Below the pieces are notes generated by a model, which was given only the letters and a program-made list of their open reading frames with translations, was not told the DNA's origin and ran no database searches. Source: an uncultured Hyphomicrobiales bacterium (GTDB lineage: Bacteria; Bacteroidota; Ignavibacteria; Kapaibacteriales; UBA2268). Taken from it: a DNA stretch of 64,000 nucleotides. The number at the start of each line of letters is the position of its first letter. The stretch's first letter is position 1. The stretch is taken from NCBI GenBank assembly GCA_964650885.1, contig CAZYXG010000001.1:161986-225985 (forward strand). Reading direction: 5' to 3'. Shown here in pieces: positions 29,090 to 39,901 of this stretch. The position numbers and the translations under genes were made by a program.

Positions 29090-32000
29090 TTAAATTTTTG
29101 TTAATGCAATTATTACTTCACTTTCTATCAAATCTATTGTAGTTCCATTCACATTTTCAGCAAAATTTAATGATTCTGAAAGAGTTTCTGAATTAATGTA
29201 TTCAGCCATTGCTGATAAGACTTTTTTAATTTCGTCATTGGCATTTGTTAAAATGCTAATTCTATCAGTAACTTCAAAGCCAGATTCTTTTCTTAAATTT
29301 TGAACTCTATTAACAAATTCCCTTGAAAGTCCTTCTGCTAATAGTTCTTTAGTTAAATGGGTATCCAGTGCAACCATTTTTCCTTCAGCAGCAGCAACTA
29401 ACCAACCTTCAATATCTTCACTAACGATTTCGACATCATCAATTTCAATTGAATAATCAACTTCATTCAAACTAATAACAACTTTTCCGCCTTTTTCAAG
29501 CAATTGAATTTGTTTGCCAGTGAATTTTTTGATTTCTTCAGCAACTTTATTTGTTTCTTTACCGAATTTTTTGCCAAGTGTTTTAAAGTTACCTTTAGCA
29601 CTACGTTTAACTATTGCTTCCGAATCATCGCTCATAAACTCAATAGCTTTTATGTTCAATTCTTCTTTGATAATATCCTCAACAGATTGAATATCCCTGC
29701 GTTCTTGAGGATTATTAACAGGCACTAATATACGAGACAATGGCTGTCTTGTTCTAATTTTCGATTTCTCTCTAAGCGAGCGAGCCAAAAATACAATCAA
29801 TTGAGCTGAAGACATTTTGCGTTCTAAATCTTCATCAATCATTTTTTCGTCAAACTTTGGAAAGTTTGTTAAATGTATTGACTCAGCCATTCCTTTAAGT
29901 TTCAACTTTTGGAATAAGTAATCTGATAAAAAAGGTGCGAGCGATGCTGAAGTTGAAAGCAAATTAATCAATACATAATGCAATGTTTGATATGCAGCAA
30001 TTTTATCAGAATCTTTTTCACCTTTCCAAAAACGTCTTCTATTTCTACGAATGTACCAGTTAGAAAGTTCATTAATAGCAAAGTCTTGAATTTCTCTATG
30101 TGCTTTGGTTACTTCATATTCGTCCATTAGATTAGCATAATTTTTCAATAATGTATTCAAACGAGAAATTATCCACTTGTCAATTTCAGGTAATTGTGAA
30201 TATTCAACTTTCGCTTCTTCTCCAGTAAATCCATCTATATTTGCGTAAAGTGCAAAAAACGCATAAGTATTCGTTAGAGAGCGGAAAAAGTCGGAAATTA
30301 CAGTTTTCTGAATATCTTCTTCATCGAACTTTGTAGTTTTCCAAGGAGGATTATTCACAAACAAGTACCATCTTACAGCATCTGCTCCCATTCTGTTCAT
30401 AATTTCAAATGGGTCAATAGTGTTGCCTAATCTCTTAGACATTTTAACACCACTTTTATCAAGAATCAACTCATTAACAACAATGTTTTTATAAGCTGGT
30501 TTACCAAATAAAGCAGTGGAAATATTATGTAAAGTATAGAACCAACCACGAGTTTGATCTATACCTTCTGCAATAAAATCACTAGGAAAAGACTTTTCGA
30601 ACAATTCTTGATTCTCAAATGGATAGTGGAATTGTGCAAATGGCATTGAGCCAGAGTCAAACCAAACATCAATAACTTCGTGTACTCTTTTATATGTTTG
30701 TCCATTTTTATCAAAATAGATACTATCCACAAAAGGTCTGTGCAAATCAATTTCACCTTTGTATTCCGACATTGGTGTTTTGCTACCATCTATGTTTAAG
30801 TAGTAAGCTGACTGTAAATCTGCAATTGAACCAACTGCAATAATATCAGATTTATCTTCCGATATCCATAAGGGTAAAGGAGTCCCCCAATATCTATCTC
30901 GAGAAAGAGACCATTCTTTTACTTCGTCTAACCAATTACCAAATCTGCCAGATCCAATTTCTTTTGGTTGCCAATTGATAGTCTTATTAATTGATACCAT
31001 ATCATCTTTATACTCAGGCGACTTGATAAACCAAGACTCACGAGCATAGTACATAATTGGATTACCAGTTCTCCAACAATGTGGATAGTTATGGACATAA
31101 TCATTAGTTGAACGATAAATTTTATCAGCATGTTTCAAAGCGATAATCACATCTTTGTCAACACCTTCTTCGGTTCTATCTTCGTAAGTAAAATTCTTTA
31201 TTGCTCTACCAGCAAAAGGAGGAATTTCAGCAGTGATATGACCATTTGGTGAAACTGGCTGTAAAAATGGCAAGTTGTGTACTTTAGACATTCTATAATC
31301 ATCTTCACCAAAAGCTGGTGCAAGATGCACTATACCAGAACCATCGGAAGTAGTAACGAAATCCCCTGCTAATACTGTTAGTGCTTTAGGATGTTTAACT
31401 TTATCTATAAAGCAATATGAGAATATTTGCTCGTAGCTTGTACCAATAATATCTTTGCCAGTAAATTCGCTAAGTATTTCAACTTCTCCATCAAGTGTAG
31501 AAACTCTGTTCTTAGCTAAAATTAATTTATTAACGGTAGTTTCGGTTTTTTCTTTGTTTGAACGAGTGTTTTGAACTAAAACATATTCTATTTCTTCACC
31601 AACTGCCAAAGCCACATTTGCGAATAAAGTCCAAGGAGTAGTAGTCCAAACTAATAATTCAGCATCTTCAGCATTTTGAATTGAAGTAGAAGTTATTTTC
31701 AATTTGATATAACAATTTGGGTCTCTAACTTCTTTATAACCCTGAGAAAGCTCGTGTGAACTAAGCGGAGTTTCAATAGTGGGAGACTGAGGAACTACTT
31801 TAAATCCTTTATAGATTAAACCTTTATCATAAAATGATTTCAAGGCCCACCAAACAGATTCTATGTAATCATTGGTACAAGTTATATATGCTTCATCCAT
31901 ATTAACCCAATAACCCATTCTTCGAGTCATTGTTCGCCAACCCTCTTCCATTTCTATATTCTTGTAAACTAAATCTTTACAAGCATTATTGAATACATCT

Positions 32001-32341
32001 ATTCCAACTTCTTTTTCAATTTGAGATTTGTCTTTAATTCCAAGTTCTTTTTCCACTTGAATCTCTACAGGCAAACCGTGTGTATCCCAACCAGCTTGTC
32101 TGCGAACATAGAAACCCTGCAAGGCTTTATAACGGCAAATTGCATCTTTTACAGTTCGAGCCATCATGTGGTGAATACCTGGTTTACCATTTACTGTAGG
32201 TGGACCTTCATAAAATGTAAAGTAAGGTGCATCTTTTCTAGTATCTAATGATTTTTCAAATATTTGGTTTTCTTCCCAATATTTGAGTATCTCTTCTTCT
32301 AGTTCTGGATATTTAAAGTTCTCTGGTAGCTGCTGAAACAT
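29090..32341 (-). CDS. ileS: Isoleucyl-tRNA synthetase (IleRS2 type)
   Basis: YEGPPTVNGKPGIHH, GWDTHGLP, WTTTPWTL, SRDRYWGTP, DQTRGWFY and KMSKR motifs, with a type-2 C-terminus. Confidence 0.97.
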   Translation of the reverse strand: MFQQLPENFKYPELEEEILKYWEENQIFEKSLDTRKDAPYFTFYEGPPTVNGKPGIHHMMARTVKDAICRYKALQGFYVRRQAGWDTHGLPVEIQVEKELGIKDKSQIEKEVGIDVFNNACKDLVYKNIEMEEGWRTMTRRMGYWVNMDEAYITCTNDYIESVWWALKSFYDKGLIYKGFKVVPQSPTIETPLSSHELSQGYKEVRDPNCYIKLKITSTSIQNAEDAELLVWTTTPWTLFANVALAVGEEIEYVLVQNTRSNKEKTETTVNKLILAKNRVSTLDGEVEILSEFTGKDIIGTSYEQIFSYCFIDKVKHPKALTVLAGDFVTTSDGSGIVHLAPAFGEDDYRMSKVHNLPFLQPVSPNGHITAEIPPFAGRAIKNFTYEDRTEEGVDKDVIIALKHADKIYRSTNDYVHNYPHCWRTGNPIMYYARESWFIKSPEYKDDMVSINKTINWQPKEIGSGRFGNWLDEVKEWSLSRDRYWGTPLPLWISEDKSDIIAVGSIADLQSAYYLNIDGSKTPMSEYKGEIDLHRPFVDSIYFDKNGQTYKRVHEVIDVWFDSGSMPFAQFHYPFENQELFEKSFPSDFIAEGIDQTRGWFYTLHNISTALFGKPAYKNIVVNELILDKSGVKMSKRLGNTIDPFEIMNRMGADAVRWYLFVNNPPWKTTKFDEEDIQKTVISDFFRSLTNTYAFFALYANIDGFTGEEAKVEYSQLPEIDKWIISRLNTLLKNYANLMDEYEVTKAHREIQDFAINELSNWYIRRNRRRFWKGEKDSDKIAAYQTLHYVLINLLSTSASLAPFLSDYLFQKLKLKGMAESIHLTNFPKFDEKMIDEDLERKMSSAQLIVFLARSLREKSKIRTRQPLSRILVPVNNPQERRDIQSVEDIIKEELNIKAIEFMSDDSEAIVKRSAKGNFKTLGKKFGKETNKVAEEIKKFTGKQIQLLEKGGKVVISLNEVDYSIEIDDVEIVSEDIEGWLVAAAEGKMVALDTHLTKELLAEGLSREFVNRVQNLRKESGFEVTDRISILTNANDEIKKVLSAMAEYINSETLSESLNFAENVNGTTIDLIESEVIIALTKI

Positions 32342-32582
32342 TTTGTAAGTTTTTTATTTTTAAAATTCTAAAGACGGCAAAATTAGTAAATATTTATCAA
32401 ATAATAACGACTCATTGTAAAACTTTGATTTTATTCATAATTATGTAACTTTTATTATTAATTTTCGTTCTAAAGCAAGTTTCCAACATCAATGATATTT
32501 TTTGTTTAATAAAATTTCAATAAGTTGAAGGCTTAATTAATACAAAAAAGAATAAACATTTCAAATCCTTTGGAGTAATTTT

Positions 32583-35408
32583 ATGAACCAAAAGTTCAAT
32601 ATTTATATAGCAGCACTTGCTATATTGTTCATTTCCACTGCAAGTATCTTTGCAAATGAAGATAACTACACAGATCCAAATCAAATAATTACTTTAGATA
32701 AAGCTACAAAAACTGGCACTTTACCTAATGGGATCAAATACTATATCAAAAAGAATAAGAAACCTGAAAAAAGAATGGAATTACGTTTAGTTGTAAATGC
32801 TGGTTCTGTTCAAGAAGATGATGATCAACAAGGTATTGCCCACTTTTTGGAGCACATGTGTTTCAATGGGACTAAGAATTTTCCTAAAAATGAGTTAATA
32901 AACTTTTTAGAAAAAACAGGTGTAAAATTCGGAGCTCACCTTAATGCCTATACTAGTTTCGATAGAACTGTTTATATGTTACTTTTACCTACTGATCAGT
33001 CTTTTATTAAGAAGAAAGGTTTTCAAGTACTTTCTGACTGGGCTCATAACGTAACTTTTGACCCAAAAGAAATTGATAGAGAAAGAGGAGTGGTAAGAGA
33101 AGAAGAAAGAGTGAGAAAAAATGGAAATTCAAAAGCTCAACAAGAGCATTTCCCATTTTTGTTTTATCAATCAAAACTTGCTAATCGTTTGCCAATTGGT
33201 GACACAAATATAATTAGAACGGCTCCTTACGAGGCTTTTACTAGATTCTATAAAGATTGGTACAGAGCTGATTTAATGTCTGTAGTAGTAGTTGGAGATA
33301 TTGATGAAAGCGATGCAGAAGATTTAATTAAAGAATATTTTGGTGAAATTCCAGCTGCTTCCAATCCAAAGAAAAAAGAAGATTTCTCAGTTAAAATGAA
33401 TCAAGAAACTTTGGTTTCTATTTCTAAAGACAAAGAAGTAACTTTCCCTGTATTGCAAATTGTTTATAAACACCCTATTACAAATAAAGCAGGAACTTAT
33501 GCAGAATATAGACAAAAATGGGTTGACCAATTTATCGGTGGAATGATTTCTCAACGTATGCAAGAAGTTGCTAAAAGAGCAAATCCTCCTTTCCAACAAG
33601 CTGGATTCCAAGCAGACAAAGAATTAGGAAATTATTACGGAGCTGGACTTTTTGCAGTTCTTAAATCTGAAGATCTTATGCGTGGCTATGGTGCTGCTTT
33701 GACGGAATTATTCCGTGCTTATAAAAATGGATTTAATCAATCTGAATTTGATAGAGTTAAAAAAGAAGCTTTTACAAGTCTTGAAAATGCTTTTAATGAA
33801 AAAGATAAAACTGAATCTAGATCACTAGCAGATGAATTCATTAGACATATTTTAGATGGTGAGTCTGCACCAGGTGTTGAAAGAGATTTTAATCTTTATA
33901 AAAAATGGTCAGAAGAAATAACTTTGGCTGAGTTAAATGCAAGAATCAAACAATTGATCACTAAAGACAATATGGTTCTTACTTTAACAGCTCCAGAAAA
34001 AGATGGTGTTAAAATTCCATCAAAAGAAGAATTACTTAAAGTTTACACACAAATTGCAAGTAAAAATATTGATGCTTACAAAGATGATATGGCCAACAAA
34101 GCTTTCTTCACTAAGAAACTTATTGCTGGCACTATCAAATCTGAAACTAAAAACGATAAGCAAGGGATTACAACTTGGACACTTTCAAATGGTGCCAAGG
34201 TTTACTTCAAAAACACTGACTTCAGCAACGATGAAATTTCTTTCAGAGCTTACTCTCGTGGTGGTCATTCACTTTGCTCAGATGCAGATTTCAATTCGGC
34301 TGCAACTGCTGACGACATTATCAATTCTTGCGGTTTGGGTGAATTCAATTCAACACAATTGCCTAAAATCTTAGCTGGTAAAACTGTAGAAATTAATCCT
34401 ATGATTGGTGACTATAATGAAGGTTTCACAGGCAGAACTAATGCAAAAGACATGGAAACTTTCTTCCAAGCTTTAAATATGTATTTCACTGCTCCAAGAG
34501 TGGATAAAGATGGTTTTGAATCTTACATCTCAAATTCAAAAGATGCAATAAAAAACCAAAAAGTCAATCCAAATGCTGTTTATCAAGATTCTATATCTGC
34601 TATCATGTCTGGTTATCACCTACGTAGAATGCCAGTTACCCCAGAATTCTTCGATAAAATTGATATGAATAAAGCTTTTGAGCTTTACAAACAAAGATTT
34701 GCTGATGCAAGTAACTTTACTTTCTTCTTTGTAGGAAATATTGATGAAGACAAATTCAAAACAAATGTTTTGACTTATTTAGCTTCATTGCCTAGCACAA
34801 ACTCAAATGAAACTTGGAAAGAAATGACGATTAACGAACCTAAAGGAACTTTAAGAAAAGTAGTTAACAAAGGTAAAGATCCTAAAGGCGTTATTACTAT
34901 GATTATTCCTGGTAAATTCGAAAACAATGAGAAAAACAGATATATGATGTCTGCTTTAACTCAAGTGTTAAGTATTCGTTTAAGAGAACAAATTCGTGAA
35001 GAAAAAGGTGGTGCTTATGGTGTTGGTGTATTCCCGCAAATGACAAAATATCCAAAATCAACATACAAATTGAATGTACAATTCACTTGTCCGCCAGAAA
35101 GAGTTGATGAACTAGTCGCAGAAGTAAAAAATGTTTTAAAAGAAGTTCAAACTAAAGATGTTAGTGATGACAATTTAACTAAAGTTAAAGAAACTCAAAA
35201 AAGAGAAAGAGAAACTTCAGTTAAAGAAAATCGCTCTTGGATGAACTGGATTTACAACTACACAATTAATGATGAAGACATTAATAATTTAGATAGCTAT
35301 GATAAATTAGTTAATGGATTATCTAAAGCTGACATTAAAAAAGCTGCGAATGATTTCATCAATTTCAAAGAGATTAAAGAATTTATTTTGCTTCCAGAAA
35401 GCAACTAA
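32583..35408 (+). CDS. M16 family zinc protease (PqqL-like), secreted
   Basis: Inverted zinc motif HFLEH, NAYTSFD and ERGVV motifs, plus a signal peptide. Confidence 0.92.
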   Translation: MNQKFNIYIAALAILFISTASIFANEDNYTDPNQIITLDKATKTGTLPNGIKYYIKKNKKPEKRMELRLVVNAGSVQEDDDQQGIAHFLEHMCFNGTKNFPKNELINFLEKTGVKFGAHLNAYTSFDRTVYMLLLPTDQSFIKKKGFQVLSDWAHNVTFDPKEIDRERGVVREEERVRKNGNSKAQQEHFPFLFYQSKLANRLPIGDTNIIRTAPYEAFTRFYKDWYRADLMSVVVVGDIDESDAEDLIKEYFGEIPAASNPKKKEDFSVKMNQETLVSISKDKEVTFPVLQIVYKHPITNKAGTYAEYRQKWVDQFIGGMISQRMQEVAKRANPPFQQAGFQADKELGNYYGAGLFAVLKSEDLMRGYGAALTELFRAYKNGFNQSEFDRVKKEAFTSLENAFNEKDKTESRSLADEFIRHILDGESAPGVERDFNLYKKWSEEITLAELNARIKQLITKDNMVLTLTAPEKDGVKIPSKEELLKVYTQIASKNIDAYKDDMANKAFFTKKLIAGTIKSETKNDKQGITTWTLSNGAKVYFKNTDFSNDEISFRAYSRGGHSLCSDADFNSAATADDIINSCGLGEFNSTQLPKILAGKTVEINPMIGDYNEGFTGRTNAKDMETFFQALNMYFTAPRVDKDGFESYISNSKDAIKNQKVNPNAVYQDSISAIMSGYHLRRMPVTPEFFDKIDMNKAFELYKQRFADASNFTFFFVGNIDEDKFKTNVLTYLASLPSTNSNETWKEMTINEPKGTLRKVVNKGKDPKGVITMIIPGKFENNEKNRYMMSALTQVLSIRLREQIREEKGGAYGVGVFPQMTKYPKSTYKLNVQFTCPPERVDELVAEVKNVLKEVQTKDVSDDNLTKVKETQKRERETSVKENRSWMNWIYNYTINDEDINNLDSYDKLVNGLSKADIKKAANDFINFKEIKEFILLPESN

Positions 35409-35433
35409 TCCCTAATTTAATTTGAAAAAGTCT

Positions 35434-35467
35434 AAAGTCCTGCACTTAATTGTTCAGGACTTTTTTT
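35434..35467 (+). terminator. Intrinsic terminator of the M16 peptidase gene
   Basis: AAAGTCCTG...CAGGAC followed by a T-run. Confidence 0.75.
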
Positions 35468-35497
35468 ATATCAACTAATTTATACAAACATATAAAT

Positions 35498-35528
35498 AAA
35501 AAAGGGTTATGCTAAAAGCACAACCCTT
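35498..35528 (-). terminator. Intrinsic terminator of purL
   Basis: On the minus strand, AAGGGTTGTGC-TTTTA-GCATAACCC followed by a T-run. Confidence 0.75.
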
Positions 35529-35553
35529 AATTACAAGTTGAATGAATGGTAAT

Positions 35554-37782
35554 TTACTTTGCCATTAAAGCTGGAATAGAACCTTCGTAAGCTTCTTTAA
35601 GTTCTTCGTGATTAGTATGTACACCTTCCACAGAAAAAATAGATTCAGTTACTTCACCTAAGCAGTGGAAATTTTGACCATTAGCTTTACAAATGGATTC
35701 AAATTCTTCTACTTTATTTGCTGACATTGTGACTAAAACTCTTGATTGAGATTCGCCAAAGATAGAATTACTGCTCAAATCGCCTTTCAAATCAACTGTG
35801 CAGCCAAGTCCTTTTGAAGAAATTGATTTTTCAGCCAAACAAATTGCAAGTCCACCCTCACTTGTGTCGTGTGCAGAATTAATTTTTTTACTTCTGATTA
35901 ACTGAAGCACAGTTTTTTGCAAAATTATTTCTTCATTAATGTCAATAATTGGTGATTCTCCTTGAATTTCATTGAAAATTACTTTCAAATATTCAGAGCC
36001 ACCAAGCTCATTGCGAGTGTTACCAAGCAAATAGATTTTATCACCAACAGATTTAAATTCCATGCTCATTGTAAAGTTCAAATCATCAATCAATCCAAGC
36101 ATTCCAATTGTTGGAGTTGGATAAACTGCAAATGATTTGGATTCATTATGGAAACTAACATTCCCACCAGTTACTGGAGTATTTAAAGCACGGCAAGCAT
36201 CGCCCATTCCTCGAATAGCTTCTTTGAATTGCCAGAAAACTTCTGGATTATATGGATTCCCAAAATTCAAACAATTTGTGATACCGATTGGTTCTGCCCC
36301 AACACATACTACGTTTCTAGCAGCTTCACAAACAGCACTCATAGCTCCATTATAAGGATTAAGGTAAACATATTTGCTATTGCAATCAGTTGTTACAGCA
36401 ATTCCTTTTCCGGGTGCTTCTTTAATCCTAAGTACAGCTGCATCACCTTTGATATTAACTGTATTAGTGCGAACTTGTGAATCATATTGTTCATAAATCC
36501 AGCGTTTTGAAGCAACAGTTGGTGATGTTAATATTTTGAAAAACTCCTCTTGAATTGAATAATTCGATTTCAAATTATTAGTATCAAATTCACGAGTAGC
36601 TTTAATATATTCAGGCTCTTTAAACTCAGGAACATTTACAGGAGCGCCTCCACCTAAAACCAAAGTTTCAGCTGGAACATCAACAATTAATTTACCAAAT
36701 CGCGTTATAATAAGTCTGCCGGAATCAGTTACAGTTCCTATTTGAGCCATATTCACATCCCATTTCTTTGCAATTGCCATAGCTTCTTCTTCTTTGCCTT
36801 TTGCAATTACAGCAAGCATTCGCTCTTGGGATTCAGAAAGCATAATTTCGTATCCAGTCATAGTATCTTCTCTTAGAGGCACTAAGTCAAGATTCACATC
36901 CATTCCAAGTCCTTTCTTGCCACTCATTTCAGAAGTTGAGCAAGAAATACCAGCAGCACCCATATCCTGAATACCAACAACTACTCCAGAATCAATTAAT
37001 TCAAGAGTAACTTCTACAAGAAGCTTTTCCATAAATGGATCGCCAACTTGTACAGTCGGACGCATATCTTCAGTTTTTTCGTCGAATTCACGTGAAGCTA
37101 AAAGCGATGCTCCATGAATACCATCTTTACCAGTAGATGAACCAATAATGAAAACTGGATTGCCCACTCCATCACTAGCAGCCGAAGCAACTTTATTTTT
37201 GTGAACTACACCAACTGCCATAGCGTTTACCAAAGGATTATCGTGATAACATTCATCGAAATAAATTTCACCACCAACAGTTGGCACTCCAAAGCAATTA
37301 CCATAATGAGAAATGCCATCTACAACTCCTCCCAAAAGAAATTTAGTTCTTTCGTTATCCAAATTCCCAAAGCGAAGTGAATTTAAAGCTGCTATTGGTC
37401 GAGCACCCATTGTGAATATATCTCTTAAGATACCACCAACGCCAGTTGCTGCACCTTGAAATGGCTCAACAGCAGATGGATGATTATGACTTTCAATTTT
37501 GAATGCTATAGCGTAGTCTCCGCCAATATCCATAAGTCCAGCGTTTTCTTCTCCTGCATCTACAAGTAATCTGCCGCCAGAGCGAGGCAAAGTTTTTAAT
37601 TGAAGAATAGAGTTTTTATATGAGCAATGTTCGCTCCACATAACTGAATATACGCCAAGCTCTGTATAAGTTGGGATTCTACCAAGAATATCAACTATTT
37701 TGCTGTATTCATCGTTCGTAAGTCCTAATTCATTTGCTGTTTCAACAGAAACTTCTATTTCTGAATAATGTTCAACTGACAT
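35554..37782 (-). CDS. purL: Phosphoribosylformylglycinamidine synthase subunit PurL (small type)
   Basis: WSEHCSYK, ESHNHPS, QDMGAAG, LSESQERM and GGNVSFHN motifs. Confidence 0.97.
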   Translation of the reverse strand: MSVEHYSEIEVSVETANELGLTNDEYSKIVDILGRIPTYTELGVYSVMWSEHCSYKNSILQLKTLPRSGGRLLVDAGEENAGLMDIGGDYAIAFKIESHNHPSAVEPFQGAATGVGGILRDIFTMGARPIAALNSLRFGNLDNERTKFLLGGVVDGISHYGNCFGVPTVGGEIYFDECYHDNPLVNAMAVGVVHKNKVASAASDGVGNPVFIIGSSTGKDGIHGASLLASREFDEKTEDMRPTVQVGDPFMEKLLVEVTLELIDSGVVVGIQDMGAAGISCSTSEMSGKKGLGMDVNLDLVPLREDTMTGYEIMLSESQERMLAVIAKGKEEEAMAIAKKWDVNMAQIGTVTDSGRLIITRFGKLIVDVPAETLVLGGGAPVNVPEFKEPEYIKATREFDTNNLKSNYSIQEEFFKILTSPTVASKRWIYEQYDSQVRTNTVNIKGDAAVLRIKEAPGKGIAVTTDCNSKYVYLNPYNGAMSAVCEAARNVVCVGAEPIGITNCLNFGNPYNPEVFWQFKEAIRGMGDACRALNTPVTGGNVSFHNESKSFAVYPTPTIGMLGLIDDLNFTMSMEFKSVGDKIYLLGNTRNELGGSEYLKVIFNEIQGESPIIDINEEIILQKTVLQLIRSKKINSAHDTSEGGLAICLAEKSISSKGLGCTVDLKGDLSSNSIFGESQSRVLVTMSANKVEEFESICKANGQNFHCLGEVTESIFSVEGVHTNHEELKEAYEGSIPALMAK

Positions 37783-37868
37783 TTTTATATTTTGTGTTAA
37801 TTTGCAATTCTCAAAAATATCAATTTCTAAAATAGAATTATAATAAAAACGAAAGAAAGTAATTAATT

Positions 37869-38336
37869 ATGAAATTAAATCCCGATGTTAAAGGTGTTTG
37901 GATGTTAGGAAATATTGTCAGAACTTTGGTTTGGACAGTTATTCTATTTATTTTGGACATATTATTCCTTAAAAATTTAACAACTTATAAGTTAGATTTA
38001 GGTGTGTTATCAGGGATAATGTTCATTTTCGGTTTACTAATCTCCTTAATATTCCCACATTTTAAATACAAATATTTTTCATTTGAACTTCAAGATGAAG
38101 AGCTTTTTCTTGAAAGAGGAATATTTATCCACACAAATACTTTTATTCCACTTGCACGAATTCAACATATAGATTTGGAACAAAGTATGCTTGATAGAAT
38201 GTATGGTTTATCAAAAGTAGTCATCCATACAGCAGGCACAAGAGGCGATGAGCTTACAATTCCTGGCTTACCATTGCATTATGCAGAAGAAGTACGTGAT
38301 TTTCTTCGAAAGTTTATTAAGGAAGATGTGGTTTGA
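37869..38336 (+). CDS. bPH_2 domain membrane protein (YdbS-like)
   Basis: Two TMs followed by RG...IPLARIQHID...QS...R-YGL...TAG...IPGL. Confidence 0.85.
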   Translation: MKLNPDVKGVWMLGNIVRTLVWTVILFILDILFLKNLTTYKLDLGVLSGIMFIFGLLISLIFPHFKYKYFSFELQDEELFLERGIFIHTNTFIPLARIQHIDLEQSMLDRMYGLSKVVIHTAGTRGDELTIPGLPLHYAEEVRDFLRKFIKEDVV

Positions 38337-39889
38337 TAGATAGTTCCCACTTTTCCAGATTATCGCCTTTGACTATACTTCTTAGGATTCTGCAAAGAAT
38401 CCCTGGCTTAGTTATTCCAATTTATTTCATTTATTCCCAAAATGATAAGGCTGAATTCTACTTTCTAATTATTTCGATTTTCTTAGGATTGATTTTTTTT
38501 AGCTTCTATTTGTTTGACTTCATCTTTTATAAATATCTTATAACTGAAAAAGAAGTTATTATTAAACAGGGCGTTATTGCAAAGAAAGAAAGAATTATTC
38601 CAATTGAAAAAATTCAAAATATTGCAATGGAACAAACTTTCTTAATGAAATTGCTTGGACTTTGTGTTTTAAAAATTGAAACAGCTGGTGATACTTCAAT
38701 GGAAGGAGAACTAAATTGTGTAAGTCTTTCAAAAGGTAATGAATTAAGTGACTATCTGAAAAATTTAAAGCAAAACTTTGAAAAAACAGTTACTTTGGCC
38801 GATGAAACAATTGCAAATGAATTAGAAGAAGATAAAATAAATTATTTAAACTCACCAAATGAAGAAGAGACTCTGATTTTTGAGTTGCCAACAAATCAAT
38901 TGCTATTCTTTGGACTAATTAATCTCAGATTGACTCTATTGCCAATAATTTTTTGGATTTTTGGAATTGTCTCAACTTATGCAAACTCTTACATTAAAGA
39001 AATTATCAATCGAATTGAAGAGACTTACGATGGAGTTGGTACTCAAATTAACAATATAGAAATAGCATTGTACATTATTGCAAGCATTTTGCTTTTCATA
39101 GTTTCCTCTGTTGTCATAGATATAATATTTACTTTTAACACCTACTACAACTTTAAACTTTCTAAAAACAAGAACAAGCTCTTCACCTCTCGAGGTTTAT
39201 TCAACACAGTCAAGGGTGCTATCCCAATAAATAAACTGCAAATGATAGTGTTAAAAACAAATGTATTAAAAGAGAAACTTGGATTTTATGGTCTTAGATT
39301 GGAAACAGCTGGTGGAGGAAGATTCAATGGTGCTGAAATTGCAATACCTTTTGCAAAATTAGACTTGATAATAAACACTCTTAGACATATTCTACCAGTA
39401 GAGTTTCCGAATGATTATAGAAAAATTTCTAAAAAATCAATTGCTAGAAATATATTTAAACAATCCGTGGCTATCACTATTTTACTTTTAATTATCAACT
39501 ACTTTAGTGAAACCAGCTTATTCAAATTTATTTATCTTGATATTACTTTAGTTCTTCTTTATTTAGCTTTAATTCCAATAGCTATTCTTTCTTGGAAAAA
39601 TAAGGGTTTTCAAATCACAGAAAGACTAATTTTCATTAAAGTTGGGGTGGTTTATAAATCTGTTAAGGTTATCCCAATAAATAAGATTCAAACATTAAGT
39701 GTAAGTCAATCAATTTGGACTAGATTCTTAGGTTTAGCTAAATTAACTATTGATACTGCAGCGACTTCCAATCAATTCGATGCAGGACTTAGAGACTTAG
39801 ATATTGAGTCGGCAAATGAAATATTTGAAATATTGAGTAAAAGTTTTTATAAATTAAGAAAAGATGTGAAACATAATGAGAAAATATAG
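38333..39889 (+). CDS. Multi-bPH_2 domain membrane protein (YdbT-like)
   Basis: Three IPxxK(I/L)Q...TA(G/A) repeats separated by TM pairs. Overlaps the upstream gene, forming a YdbS/YdbT pair. Confidence 0.85.
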   Translation: MIDSSHFSRLSPLTILLRILQRIPGLVIPIYFIYSQNDKAEFYFLIISIFLGLIFFSFYLFDFIFYKYLITEKEVIIKQGVIAKKERIIPIEKIQNIAMEQTFLMKLLGLCVLKIETAGDTSMEGELNCVSLSKGNELSDYLKNLKQNFEKTVTLADETIANELEEDKINYLNSPNEEETLIFELPTNQLLFFGLINLRLTLLPIIFWIFGIVSTYANSYIKEIINRIEETYDGVGTQINNIEIALYIIASILLFIVSSVVIDIIFTFNTYYNFKLSKNKNKLFTSRGLFNTVKGAIPINKLQMIVLKTNVLKEKLGFYGLRLETAGGGRFNGAEIAIPFAKLDLIINTLRHILPVEFPNDYRKISKKSIARNIFKQSVAITILLLIINYFSETSLFKFIYLDITLVLLYLALIPIAILSWKNKGFQITERLIFIKVGVVYKSVKVIPINKIQTLSVSQSIWTRFLGLAKLTIDTAATSNQFDAGLRDLDIESANEIFEILSKSFYKLRKDVKHNEKI

Positions 39890-39901
39890 GTTAGAATTAG
39901 A

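Noticed and set aside
32342-32582. Possible T-box or riboswitch in the ileS leader
   Set aside because: No T-box consensus or terminator/antiterminator is visible. The region is AT-rich and shared with the divergent gene.
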